NCBI GenBank assembly: GCA_039794085.1
Contig: JBDIWC010000051.1
Location: forward strand, 1 to 24,992
DNA from: Gemmatimonadales bacterium
Lineage (GTDB): Bacteria > Gemmatimonadota > Gemmatimonadetes > Gemmatimonadales > GWC2-71-9
DNA: 24,992 nucleotides
Direction of reading: 5' to 3'
Within the stretch, counting starts at the first letter, position 1, and each line of letters starts with the position of its first letter. Of the stretch, positions 1 through 8,385 are shown piece by piece. A program made the translations under genes and the position numbers. The notes below the pieces were generated by a model. The model made no database searches. It saw only the letters and a list, made by a program, of their open reading frames with translations, and was not told the DNA's origin.

Positions 1-170
1 TTTTTTTTTAAAGAAGAAGGCCGAAAATGGTTATGTTTGTTGGCGTGGGTTTCAAGGGTTGTCTTTCGCTTTTTCGCCGGGTTGTGTTGGGTGGGGGGGG
101 GGGGCCCGCGGTTGTCTCTGGGGGGAGCCCCCCCCCCCCCCCGCCGCCCCCCCCCCCCCCCCCCCCGTTT
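1..170. other. Low-complexity, probably error-rich contig end (poly-T, poly-G, poly-C runs)
   Basis: T9 start and long G and C homopolymers; the translation gives implausible GGG/PPPPP runs. Confidence 0.75.
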
Positions 171-1519
171 CGGGACTGACGTTAGCGCTCACCGCTGATT
201 CCCTGTTGCCGCGCGGGGCACTGGTGGGTGGGGTCCACTTCTCAGTCCCGGACAGTGGGCGTCTCGACAGTGCCGCCGTGCTCTGGACCGCGGGCCAGAT
301 GGCCGGCCCCGCCCTGCTCGAGGTGGTCCACGATATGCGGCTCGACAACCGGGCCCTGACCCTGGAGGAACTGTTCTCCCCCGGCATCATGTACTACCGG
401 AGTGACGGGGAACTGGTCCTTCGGATCATGGGCGTGGTGTTCTTCGCGCTGCCGCCGGGCGGTGGTTTTCCCGAGTTCCTTCCCCTTCGATTGGCCCCTC
501 CACCGGATTCGTTCGACCTGCTGGACCCCGAGGCCGCGGACCACGGGTTTCGGGCCCTCTGGACGTTCGAGGAGGACGAGATTCTTCTCGGGTTCAACGC
601 TTTCAGCGGGGGTCCCTCGCCCGAGTGCGCGTTCGTGGATCTCTGGTTTTTCTGCGTCGGGGCTCCCCCCTTCACCCCGGAAAACATCTCGGACGGCCCA
701 CCTCGGGGGACCATAAGGGTGCGGGCCTTTGCCACGAGCAGCGAGGAAGTCCGGATTACCCGGGGCGGGGGAGGAGCGCTCGCCGTGCGGCCGGAGCGAA
801 CCGGGACCAACCGGCTGGACCTGGAGGTCGGGGTGTTCGATGCCGCCGGCCAGCCGATCCCGAACCGGATGGTGACGCTGGAACTTTCCGCGGTGCCGGG
901 CTCGGGAGGGCACGCCAATGCCCCTGGTCCCGGGGACATGACCCACGCCAGCGGGAGGCCTGTTGGGACGCTGAATCCCGCTCCGCCGTACAACACAGGG
1001 CCGTCAGGGAAGGTGACGGCCGCCTATACGGCGCCGGCACCGAGCGGACAGATTGTGCTGAAAGGGACCAGTAGCGGGGCCACGGAGGCGAATGATACCA
1101 TCGGGGTTCAGGTCGAGGGCCTGGTGCAGATTCCCCTGAGCGGACCCAATTACACCTTCCAGCCGACCACACGGCACCAGTCCGGCGACTTCTACATGGC
1201 GCCGGGGGCCATCGAGGTGATGAACGCCATCTGGAAGGAGTATGTTGATCGGGGTTTCCCCGTGAAACCGTCGGGGACGTTCACGATCACAGCCGCAGGA
1301 CTGGAGAAGGGAGGGCTGTTCGACATCTTTGGGGACTGGAAGACGCCGCACCGGTACCACCGGCAGGGCGGGGACCTCGATTTCGATGACGCACTGGCTG
1401 AGGCAGATCCGCGGCTCATGAAATTAGTCTGCAGAGGGTTCACATACGGTGGCCGGGAGGTTGATTGCCAGTTTCACAACGGGAACCACTTTCACGCCGT
1501 CCTCGGCCCGAACCGGTGA
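59..1519 (+). CDS. Module 1 gene A: putative exported/lipoprotein with Ig-like domain and C-terminal MepA-like (LAS-type) Zn metallopeptidase; 5' end unreliable
   Basis: C-terminal ITAAGLEKGGLFD...PHRYHRQGGDLD...NHFH matches the H-x2-H-x6-D and H-x-H arrangement of MepA-type murein endopeptidases. It shares GSGGH..GRP.GT with the paralog at 3212-4619. The corrupted N-terminus (GC..GEPPP..PVS) resembles the paralog's GCAEPTEPPVPPVS. Confidence 0.65.
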   Translation: MSFAFSPGCVGWGGGARGCLWGEPPPPPAAPPPPPPVSGLTLALTADSLLPRGALVGGVHFSVPDSGRLDSAAVLWTAGQMAGPALLEVVHDMRLDNRALTLEELFSPGIMYYRSDGELVLRIMGVVFFALPPGGGFPEFLPLRLAPPPDSFDLLDPEAADHGFRALWTFEEDEILLGFNAFSGGPSPECAFVDLWFFCVGAPPFTPENISDGPPRGTIRVRAFATSSEEVRITRGGGGALAVRPERTGTNRLDLEVGVFDAAGQPIPNRMVTLELSAVPGSGGHANAPGPGDMTHASGRPVGTLNPAPPYNTGPSGKVTAAYTAPAPSGQIVLKGTSSGATEANDTIGVQVEGLVQIPLSGPNYTFQPTTRHQSGDFYMAPGAIEVMNAIWKEYVDRGFPVKPSGTFTITAAGLEKGGLFDIFGDWKTPHRYHRQGGDLDFDDALAEADPRLMKLVCRGFTYGGREVDCQFHNGNHFHAVLGPNR

Positions 1520-1524
1520 ACACC

Positions 1525-3035
1525 ATGCGACTCCTCGGACTCATAGGCGTGTGGATTCTGTCCATGACCGCCGAACTCCCTGCTCAGAAGCCGGGCGATG
1601 TACGCCTGGATCCGGCCAGCGGCGATTACTTCGTCACAGTCATGAACGACGCAGGAGAGCTGGTGGAGATGCGCGTCGTCCCGCCGAACAAAGTCGTGCT
1701 CGACATGGCCCTGCGGGTTGAGAGTGTCGTTCAGGGCAGATGGCGATACAGTTATTCCGTCACTGTCCTTCCAGGAAGTATTCAACCTTTGTCGTTCTTC
1801 GAGGTGGATTGCCCGGCCCTAGCGGGCATTGGTGGCCTGTCAGCGACGATTCCTCATCCGTGGGCCGTGAGGCATTCGAGTGAAGTTAGCCTTCCCTCCT
1901 GCGACTTTTCTCAGCGCGGTACCCTCACCCTCCCTGTCGGGGGAACCCTCCTCGCCTCTCTCGAAGCGGGCTATCTGCCCTCGCGCGGTGCGGCCAGAGC
2001 CTTCGGGGCTGCAGAAGGCGTCCGGTGGCCGACATTCGACCCGATCGAGGAGAATGCGCCAGCGGTGGCCGTGGTCAACCGGCTTGAGGGCTTTAGCGGT
2101 GGCTGGAAGGAGATCCCGACCGTGGTTCCCGGCAGGGACCCCGCCACGATCACGGATGCCGGAGTCGGCTTGGGGCTCGTCCGGGAGGACCTCGATGCGA
2201 GCTGCGGTACCCTTGGGTGGATCGGTGATGCCGCGGTGTGCACCCTCCTGCACGGCAGCATCGCGGAAGCCCAGACCGCCTGGGGCCAGGGCAATGTGGC
2301 CTCGACCCGCACCGCCATCGATGCCTTCCTGGCCACGCTCACGGCCCACCACGACTCCACCGGGACCGGTCCGATCACCGACAATGCCTTCTGGCTGCTC
2401 ACGGTCAACGCGGAGTTCATTCGAGACCTCCTGCCGGCGGGAGGTGCATCCGTCACCCTCCCACTGGCCGCGGATACTTATCTCCGGTCCGGCAGCCCGA
2501 ACCAGAATCAGGGCACCGAGCCGATTCTCCGGCTCCGGGCCAGCGGCAACAACCGCGCCCTCCTCCGGCTCGACTCGGCGGCCGTGGCCACCGCCGTCGA
2601 GAGCGGGACCGTAACCAGCGCCCGGCTGGAGCTCACCATCACCCTGAACGCGGACAACTGGGGTGCCACCGGCCGGACCATCGATCTGCACCGCCTCACC
2701 CAGGCGTGGACCGAAGCGGGGGCCACCTGGAACTGCGGGGACGACCTGGATCCCGGCAACCAGAAACCGGACTGTCCCCTCTCGGCCTGGGAGATGGGCG
2801 GGGCGGGCCCCCATCCGTGGATCGCCACTCCGACCGCCACGCCGCTCATCACCAATGGCCTCCGGGGCGTCATCACCTTCGACGTCACGTCCGACATTCA
2901 GGCCATGCTCGGTGGGGGGGGAATCACTGGGGATGGATCCTGAAGAAAACGGAGGAGGGACCGAGCGGGCGGGTGGAGTTCGGGTCCCGGGAGAGCGCCA
3001 CCCCTCCGCGCCTCATCCTGGATGTCCAGCCGTAG
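1525..3035 (+). pseudogene. Module 1 gene B: secreted protein with variable N-domain, FIMAH-like helical domain and DNRLRE/CBM96-like domain, frameshifted at a G8 tract (real or sequencing error)
   Basis: ATG 1525 with signal peptide MRLLGLIGVWILSMTAELPAQ. ADTYLRSGSPNQNQG...RALLR.D...SARLEL...W.E..ATWN is typical of DNRLRE domains. The frame stops at 2943, but the paralogous C-terminus (GWILKK...PRLILDVQP*) continues in another frame to 3035. Alignment with copy 2 shows 2 extra G at 2914-2921. Confidence 0.75.
2380..3035 (+). repeat. Direct repeat copy 1 (~655 bp), near-identical to 5474-6127
   Basis: Direct sequence comparison: gacaaYgccttctgKctgctcacggtcaacgcggagttcattcg ... gatgtccagccgtag in both copies; lengths are 656 vs 654 bp. 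Confidence 0.95.
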
Positions 3036-3060
3036 GGGTGCGGGACCGGCCCCGTGTGAG

Positions 3061-3096
3061 GCGGTTGGTGTGTCAGGGGAATGACACGCACACCGC
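3061..3096. other. Imperfect hairpin in the inter-module spacer (possible terminator or processing stem)
   Basis: GCGGT..GTGTCA / TGACAC..ACCGC inverted repeat; no U tract. Confidence 0.3.
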
Positions 3097-3112
3097 GTGC
3101 AGAAACTCGTTA

Positions 3113-3141
3113 TTGACAGATCCGAGGTCACGTCGTACGTT
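3113..3141 (+). promoter_or_regulatory. Sigma70-type promoter for module 2
   Basis: TTGACA (3113-3118), 17 bp spacer, TACGTT (3136-3141); SD GGAGGT at 3203-3208 precedes ATG 3212. Confidence 0.65.
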
Positions 3142-3211
3142 GGAATCATCCAGGCCATGTCCGGTGCGGGAGGCCATGGTGTCCGTGGTCCTTTGCTGTG
3201 TTGGAGGTGTG

Positions 3212-4619
3212 ATGCCCCGAGTCCTCCCTCGCTGGCTGCTCACGGTGGTCTTGGCAGTGGGTTGCGCCGAACCGACTGAGCCCCCCGTGCCCCCGGTCTC
3301 CTTCAATCACGTATGCTGTGCCTCCGGCATTCTGGTGCCCTTCTCCGAGGATGGGCGCTGGACCGAACTGACGGTGGCTCCTGCGGGTGGCAGCAGTGCA
3401 TTCACCTTCTTCATCAGCATGACCCATCCCCTGGAGAAACCGGTTCCCCCTGGTGGCGGGTCGGTCGGCTCGCTTCCGGGAAGCACCCTGATTCAGTTGG
3501 TGGTTCTGGGCTGCGATACCGCCATCAACCTCTGCTTTACAGCCCGGACCCGGCGCCTCTCGGGTGATGAGGAATCCGGCCAGATCCGGTTCGGTGCCGA
3601 GCTGAACCAGGCCCAGGACGACTTCGGCGACTTCCGGTATGATGTGTTTCTGGTATGATGTGTTTCTGGTTCGTGTGACCCCCCCGGACACCCTGGCCGT
3701 CGAACTCACGCTGGTCCGCGACTCGGTGGGTCCGGTCATGGCACCATTGTTTGACGCCGTGACACAGGTGGCCGAGAGCCTTGGGCCTCGGCGCCGCGCA
3801 GAGCGCACGGACACGGTGCGGGTTCACATACGGGCCAGGTACCTCCCGTCCGGTCTGCCGGCCGTGGGGGCGAGCATGCGACTGATCGGGGCACCGGTAG
3901 CCGGGAGCGGTGGCCATGGTCATTTTGACTTTCGCGGTCGTCCCGGAGGAACGTTCTTCAATCCCGGTGAGGATGTGGATGTTCCGGACGGCGGGGTGCG
4001 TGTCCAGGTCCGGTTCCCGCTTCCCACATCGGGGGACACCGTTCTGGTATACCGCACCAGCGGAGTTAGCGGACGCGAGCAACTCGCGGTGCAGGTGACC
4101 GATGGTCTCCAGAGCCAGGGACTGGTCCGCACCATGGTGGTTCGGTGGCCGGGACTCGTGGCCATGGCCCGGCAGGGGACGCACCATGGGTTCAAGAATC
4201 AGGACCCGAACGTCCCAGGCCAGCGGCACGGCAATGTGAACCACTGGGTGGAGGCGGGATTCCGCGACCGGGTGCTGGATGCCTTCCGGCGGTATTTCGA
4301 GGTGGTGCCGGAACCACGGTTTCCCAACCCCTCGCCCGGCGGCGGCATGGATACCCGATTCGTGATCACGGAGGCATCGTTGGAGTGGGGTGGGCTGTTC
4401 GATGTGGCGGAGGTCGCGCCGTGGCGTAACCCCCACAGGACCCACCGCAAGGGCGTGGATGTTGATGTGAGATCAACAACCATGAATGCTGCACGGCAGG
4501 AGGACTTTGAACGCGCGTGTGTTGTAGCACGTGTGTTCTGTTCACGAGAGCCGAATCCCAGCGTGCCGAACAATCCCCCGCACTACCATCTGAGTCCTCA
4601 ACGAGCGAGGCAGCAATGA
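3212..4619 (+). pseudogene. Module 2 gene A: lipoprotein with Ig-like and MepA-like Zn peptidase domains, frameshifted by a 16-bp tandem duplication
   Basis: Lipobox in MPRVLPRWLLTVVLAVG-C. GGTATGATGTGTTTCT occurs twice (3636-3651, 3652-3667); removing one copy fuses ORFs ..3658 and 3639..4619 (FRYDVFLVRVTPP). C-terminal ITEASLEWGGLFD...PHRTHRKGVDVD...HYH. Confidence 0.8.
3636..3667 (+). repeat. Perfect 16-bp tandem duplication
   Basis: GGTATGATGTGTTTCT x2, followed by GGT (3-bp microhomology). Confidence 0.95.
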
Positions 4620-6127
4620 GCCGAACCCTTCTCGTGCTCGGTGCGGCCCTTCTCACGCTGCCGGTGTCCAGTGCGGGCCAGACCCTGGTGCGGGACCCCC
4701 AGGGAGACTACGTCCTCACGTATACGGACTTCAACGACACTCTACGCACCGTCGTGATCGAGGCAACAGATCAGGTTGGGGCGTCAGTCACCGTGCATGT
4801 GATCGCGAGCGCAGGCGTGTTTGTGTATCGGTACACTCTCGCCAATGGTTCCACCGCTCGTCGAGCCATTTCATTTCTCGACATCCCGTGTCCCGCGAGT
4901 GATCCAGCGCTCACTGTGCGAGCCCCAGCCTCTTGGAATGCCTCCGCCGCGGCGGACGGCAGACTTGAGGGAGTGTCTGGGTTGTGGCTCTGCAGTTATG
5001 GTCGCCGCGATATACAATCCGTTGTAGTGCCGGGGGCTTCATTGCCCGATCTGGAGATCACAAGTGCATGGTTGCCAAGCGTGCTCACGGCTCGAACGTT
5101 CGGGAATGCCGGGAGAGTGCTCATGCCTACGTCGGTCGACGACACGCCAGATACGGTTTACACGCTCGTGGATCGGGCACAGGGATTTGGCTTCTTCACC
5201 GGCGGCGGACTGGCCGTGCCCGTGGTCGCCCCGGCCCGCTCCCCGGCGGTGCTCGCTGATCCGGGGCCGGGACTGGACTCGGTCGCGGCGGATCTCTCGC
5301 AGAGTTGTACCCTGGGATGGATCGTCGATCCGAGCACCTGTGCCGCGCTCGGCACTCGACTGGACCAGGCGCGCCAGGCCCTGAGCCAAGGCAACGCAAC
5401 CGGTGCTCGGGCGGGAGTGGAGAGTTTCCTGGCGAGCCTCAATGGGGCACATGGCCCGGGACGTCCGGTGAATGACAACGCCTTCTGTCTGCTCACGGTC
5501 AACGCGGAGTTCATTCGGGACCAGCTGCCGGCGGGAGGCGGGTCCGTCACCCTCCCGCTGGCCGCGGATACCTACCTCCGGTCGGGGAGCCCGAACCAAA
5601 CCCAAGGCACCGAGCCGATTCTCCGGCTCCGGGCCAGCGGCAACAACCGCGCCCTCCTCCGGATCGACTCGGCGGCCGTGGCCACCGCCGTCGGGAGCGG
5701 GACTGTAACCAGCGCCCGGCTGGAGCTCACCATCACCCTGAACGCGGACAACTGGGGTGCCACGGGCCGGACCATCGACCTCCACCGCCTCACCCAGGCG
5801 TGGACCGAGGCGGGGGCCACCTGGAACTGCGGGGATGACCTGGACCCCGGCAACCAGAAACCGGACTGTCCCCTTACCGAGTGGGAGATGGGTGGGGCGG
5901 GCCCCCATCCGTGGATTACCACCCCGACCGCCACAAAGCTGATCACCAATGGTCTCCGGGGGGTCATCACGTTTGACGTTACCGCCGACATTCAGGCCCT
6001 GCTCGGCGGGAGCGTGCACCCGGGATGGATCCTGAAGAAGACGGCGGAAGGGCCGAGCGGGCGGGTGGAGTTCGGGTCCCGGGAGAGCGCCACCCCTCCG
6101 CGCCTCATCCTGGATGTCCAGCCGTAG
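4616..6127 (+). CDS. Module 2 gene B: secreted protein with variable N-domain, FIMAH-like and DNRLRE/CBM96-like domains
   Basis: ATGA overlap with the upstream stop; signal peptide MSRTLLVLGAALLTLPVSSAGQ; LGWI...C..L...L..A..A..QGN...AR.....FLA.L helical segment; intact DNRLRE-like C-domain. Confidence 0.85.
   Translation: MSRTLLVLGAALLTLPVSSAGQTLVRDPQGDYVLTYTDFNDTLRTVVIEATDQVGASVTVHVIASAGVFVYRYTLANGSTARRAISFLDIPCPASDPALTVRAPASWNASAAADGRLEGVSGLWLCSYGRRDIQSVVVPGASLPDLEITSAWLPSVLTARTFGNAGRVLMPTSVDDTPDTVYTLVDRAQGFGFFTGGGLAVPVVAPARSPAVLADPGPGLDSVAADLSQSCTLGWIVDPSTCAALGTRLDQARQALSQGNATGARAGVESFLASLNGAHGPGRPVNDNAFCLLTVNAEFIRDQLPAGGGSVTLPLAADTYLRSGSPNQTQGTEPILRLRASGNNRALLRIDSAAVATAVGSGTVTSARLELTITLNADNWGATGRTIDLHRLTQAWTEAGATWNCGDDLDPGNQKPDCPLTEWEMGGAGPHPWITTPTATKLITNGLRGVITFDVTADIQALLGGSVHPGWILKKTAEGPSGRVEFGSRESATPPRLILDVQP
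5474..6127 (+). repeat. Direct repeat copy 2, near-identical to 2380-3035
   Basis: Direct sequence comparison. Confidence 0.95.
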
Positions 6128-6229
6128 CGGCATGACGCCCGCGGGATCACAGGCCCCGGATTCAGCCTCAGGCGATCCGCGCTACGTACCGGGTAGGGTC
6201 CAGCCGGCAATGGTGTCGAATCACTGTTC

Positions 6230-6258
6230 TTGCCGGGACGGACGCACGGTGCTACCGT
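6230..6258 (+). promoter_or_regulatory. Promoter of the asnB leader (leaderless start at 6265)
   Basis: TTGCCG (6230-6235), 17 bp spacer, TACCGT (6253-6258) with extended TG at 6250-6251; ATG begins 7 nt after the -10. Confidence 0.55.
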
Positions 6259-6264
6259 TCTCCG

Positions 6265-6390
6265 ATGCGCATAGCCTCTCTTCCGTCCACCATCGGCCTG
6301 GCCCCCCAGTGGGGGGCCGTGTGCGCATGCCTCCCCCCGAATAATCGCCGCCACAATTTCCGGCCCTTCCCGGCGCGGGCAGGCGGCTAA
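6265..6390 (+). CDS. Putative asnB leader peptide (41 aa; MRIASLPSTIGLAPQWGAVCACLPPNNRRHNFRPFPARAGG)
   Basis: Open frame from ATG 6265 to TAA 6388-6390 (alternative GTG at 6319) with three AAT Asn codons clustered at 6340-6357, ending 30 nt before a terminator. Confidence 0.65.
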   Translation: MRIASLPSTIGLAPQWGAVCACLPPNNRRHNFRPFPARAGG

Positions 6391-6420
6391 ACGGTTCTTC
6401 CCAACCCGTTGGCTCCCACG

Positions 6421-6444
6421 ACCCGCACCCGATGCGGGTTTTTT
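6421..6444 (+). terminator. Intrinsic terminator (attenuator) upstream of asnB
   Basis: ACCCGCA-cccga-TGCGGGT followed by a T run to 6444, 28 nt before the asnB ATG. Confidence 0.8.
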
Positions 6445-6472
6445 CTGTCCCCGATTCCGGAGGAATCCCCCG

Positions 6473-8146
6473 ATGTGCGGCATCCTTGGCATCTTCGACC
6501 TCGAACCCGGCGCCGATCTGCGCGCTCTCCGGCGCACCGCGCTCGCCCGCTCCGCGCTGCAGCGCCACCGGGGCCCCGACTGGAGCGGGGTGCATGCCGA
6601 CGAGGGCGCGATCCTGGTCCACGAACGGCTCGCCATCGTGAATCCGGCCGGAGGTGCCCAGCCGATTCGCTCGGCGGACGGTGCGATCGTGCTGGCGGTC
6701 AACGGTGAGATCTACAATCACCGGGAGCTGGAGGCCGGGCTGGCCGATCCGTACCCCTTCCAGTCCCGGTCCGACTGCGAGGTGATCAATGCCCTCTATC
6801 GGACCGAGGGACCGGGCTTCCTCTCCCGGCTCAACGGCATCTTCGCCTTCGCTCTCTGGGACCGGGGGGGGGAGCGACGCCGGTACCTCATCGCCCGGGA
6901 CCCGGTGGGCGTCTGTCCACTCTATTGGGGACGCGATGCCGAGGGGCGCCGGTGGGTGGCCTCCGAGATGAAGGCCCTCGCCGGGATCTGCGCCGATCTG
7001 GAGGTGTTTCCCCCCGGGCACTGGTTCGACAGCGAAACCGGCACCCTGCGGTGTTATCACGAACCGCGCTGGCGGGACCATCAGACCACCACAGGCGTCC
7101 AGGTGGATCCCACCACTCTGCGGGAGGCCCTGGAACGGGCGGTCCACCGCCAGCTGATGAGTGACGTCCCCTACGGTGTGCTCCTCTCCGGTGGGCTCGA
7201 TTCCGCGGTGGTTGCAACCTGTGCCGCGCGCTTCGCTCGCCGCCGAGTCGAGGAGGATGACCGGACCGAAGCCTGGTGGCCCCGGCTCCACTCATTTGCC
7301 ATTGGTCTCCGTGGCGCTCCGGACCTGCAGGCTGCCGAGCTGGCGGCGAAGGCCATCGGGACCGTCCATCACGCCTTCGAGTTCACGGTGGAAGAGGGGC
7401 TCGATGCGCTCCCCGAGGTGATCCGGCACATCGAGTCGTACGACGTGACCACTGTGCGGGCCTCGACGCCGATGTTCCTCCTGGCCCGCCGCATCCGCGC
7501 CATGGGGGTCAAGATGGTGCTCTCGGGCGAGGGCTCGGACGAGATTTTCGGTGGATACCTCTACTTCCACAAGGCGCCCTCGGCGCAGGCATTTCACGAG
7601 GAGACGGTGCGCAAGCTCGACACACTGCATCTGTACGACTGTCTCCGTGCCAACAAGTCGATGGCGGCCTGGGGGGTCGAAGCGCGAGTTCCCTTTCTCG
7701 ACCTCGAGTTCCTCGACCTGGCCATGGGCATGGACGCCGAACAGAAACAGGTGCTTCCGGGGCGAATCGAGAAGCAGGTCCTGCGTGAGGCGTTCCGGGG
7801 CCTGCTGCCCGAGGAGATTCTCTGGCGGCAGAAGGAGCAGTTCTCCGACGGCGTGGGGTATGGATGGATCGACGCACTCAAGGCCCACGCTGCGGAACGG
7901 ATCAGCGACGCGGACCTCACCGGCGCGGAAGCGCGGTATCCCCTCAACCCTCCGGCCACGAAGGAGGGGCTGCTCTACCGGCGCCTCTTCGAGTCGGTCT
8001 ATCCCGGGGACGCCTGCGCAGCCACCGTGCCCGGCGGGAAGTCCATCGCATGCTCCTCTCCGGTCGCGCTCGCCTGGGATGCCGACTTCGCCTCCGCCCC
8101 CGATCCCTCCGGCCGCGCGGTCGTGGGAGTGCACCGTGCACCATGA
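6473..8146 (+). CDS. asnB: Asparagine synthetase B (glutamine-hydrolysing)
   Basis: N-terminal MCGI (Ntn Cys), RHRGPDWSG, NGEIYNH, LLSGGLDS, SGEGSDEIFGGYLYF, RQKEQFSDGVG; SD GGAGGA at 6459-6464. Confidence 0.98.
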   Translation: MCGILGIFDLEPGADLRALRRTALARSALQRHRGPDWSGVHADEGAILVHERLAIVNPAGGAQPIRSADGAIVLAVNGEIYNHRELEAGLADPYPFQSRSDCEVINALYRTEGPGFLSRLNGIFAFALWDRGGERRRYLIARDPVGVCPLYWGRDAEGRRWVASEMKALAGICADLEVFPPGHWFDSETGTLRCYHEPRWRDHQTTTGVQVDPTTLREALERAVHRQLMSDVPYGVLLSGGLDSAVVATCAARFARRRVEEDDRTEAWWPRLHSFAIGLRGAPDLQAAELAAKAIGTVHHAFEFTVEEGLDALPEVIRHIESYDVTTVRASTPMFLLARRIRAMGVKMVLSGEGSDEIFGGYLYFHKAPSAQAFHEETVRKLDTLHLYDCLRANKSMAAWGVEARVPFLDLEFLDLAMGMDAEQKQVLPGRIEKQVLREAFRGLLPEEILWRQKEQFSDGVGYGWIDALKAHAAERISDADLTGAEARYPLNPPATKEGLLYRRLFESVYPGDACAATVPGGKSIACSSPVALAWDADFASAPDPSGRAVVGVHRAP

Positions 8147-8160
8147 AATAATTTCATGGT
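8140..8160. promoter_or_regulatory. Perfect 10-1-10 inverted repeat overlapping the asnB stop
   Basis: ACCATGAAAT-A-ATTTCATGGT; function is not determinable from the sequence. Confidence 0.4.
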
Positions 8161-8313
8161 TGTGCGTGTAATTCAGATCTCACTCCTATTCTCGGGGATT
8201 CCTTGATCACTCGTTGTCCCCGCGAAGCCGGGGAATGACGGGCCATTGCCATCCCCTCTACTTGATCAAAGTCGCTAAACCAATGCCTCACTGGCCAATA
8301 AGGTTGGCGCATC

Positions 8314-8342
8314 TTGTTAAATGAGGCATACCTAATTATATT
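8314..8342 (+). promoter_or_regulatory. Sigma70 promoter with a DtxR/MntR/SirR-type operator in its spacer
   Basis: TTGTTA (8314-8319), 17 bp spacer, TATATT (8337-8342); AATGAGG-CATA-CCTAATT (8320-8337) resembles TTAGG-N4-CCTAA boxes. Confidence 0.7.
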
Positions 8343-8385
8343 ATTAGTAATGCCACTCACGTTCATCCCACGCAGCGGTATTCCC

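Noticed and set aside
93..170. Poly-Pro/Gly N-terminus or G-quadruplex
   Set aside because: Most likely degraded contig-end sequence.
2380..6127. DGR template/variable repeat pair
   Set aside because: The differences I checked are mostly synonymous and not adenine-specific, both copies are coding, and there is no reverse transcriptase in the window.
6391..6444. T-box or metabolite riboswitch before asnB
   Set aside because: No T-box UGGNACC motif or recognisable aptamer; the uORF model explains the structure.
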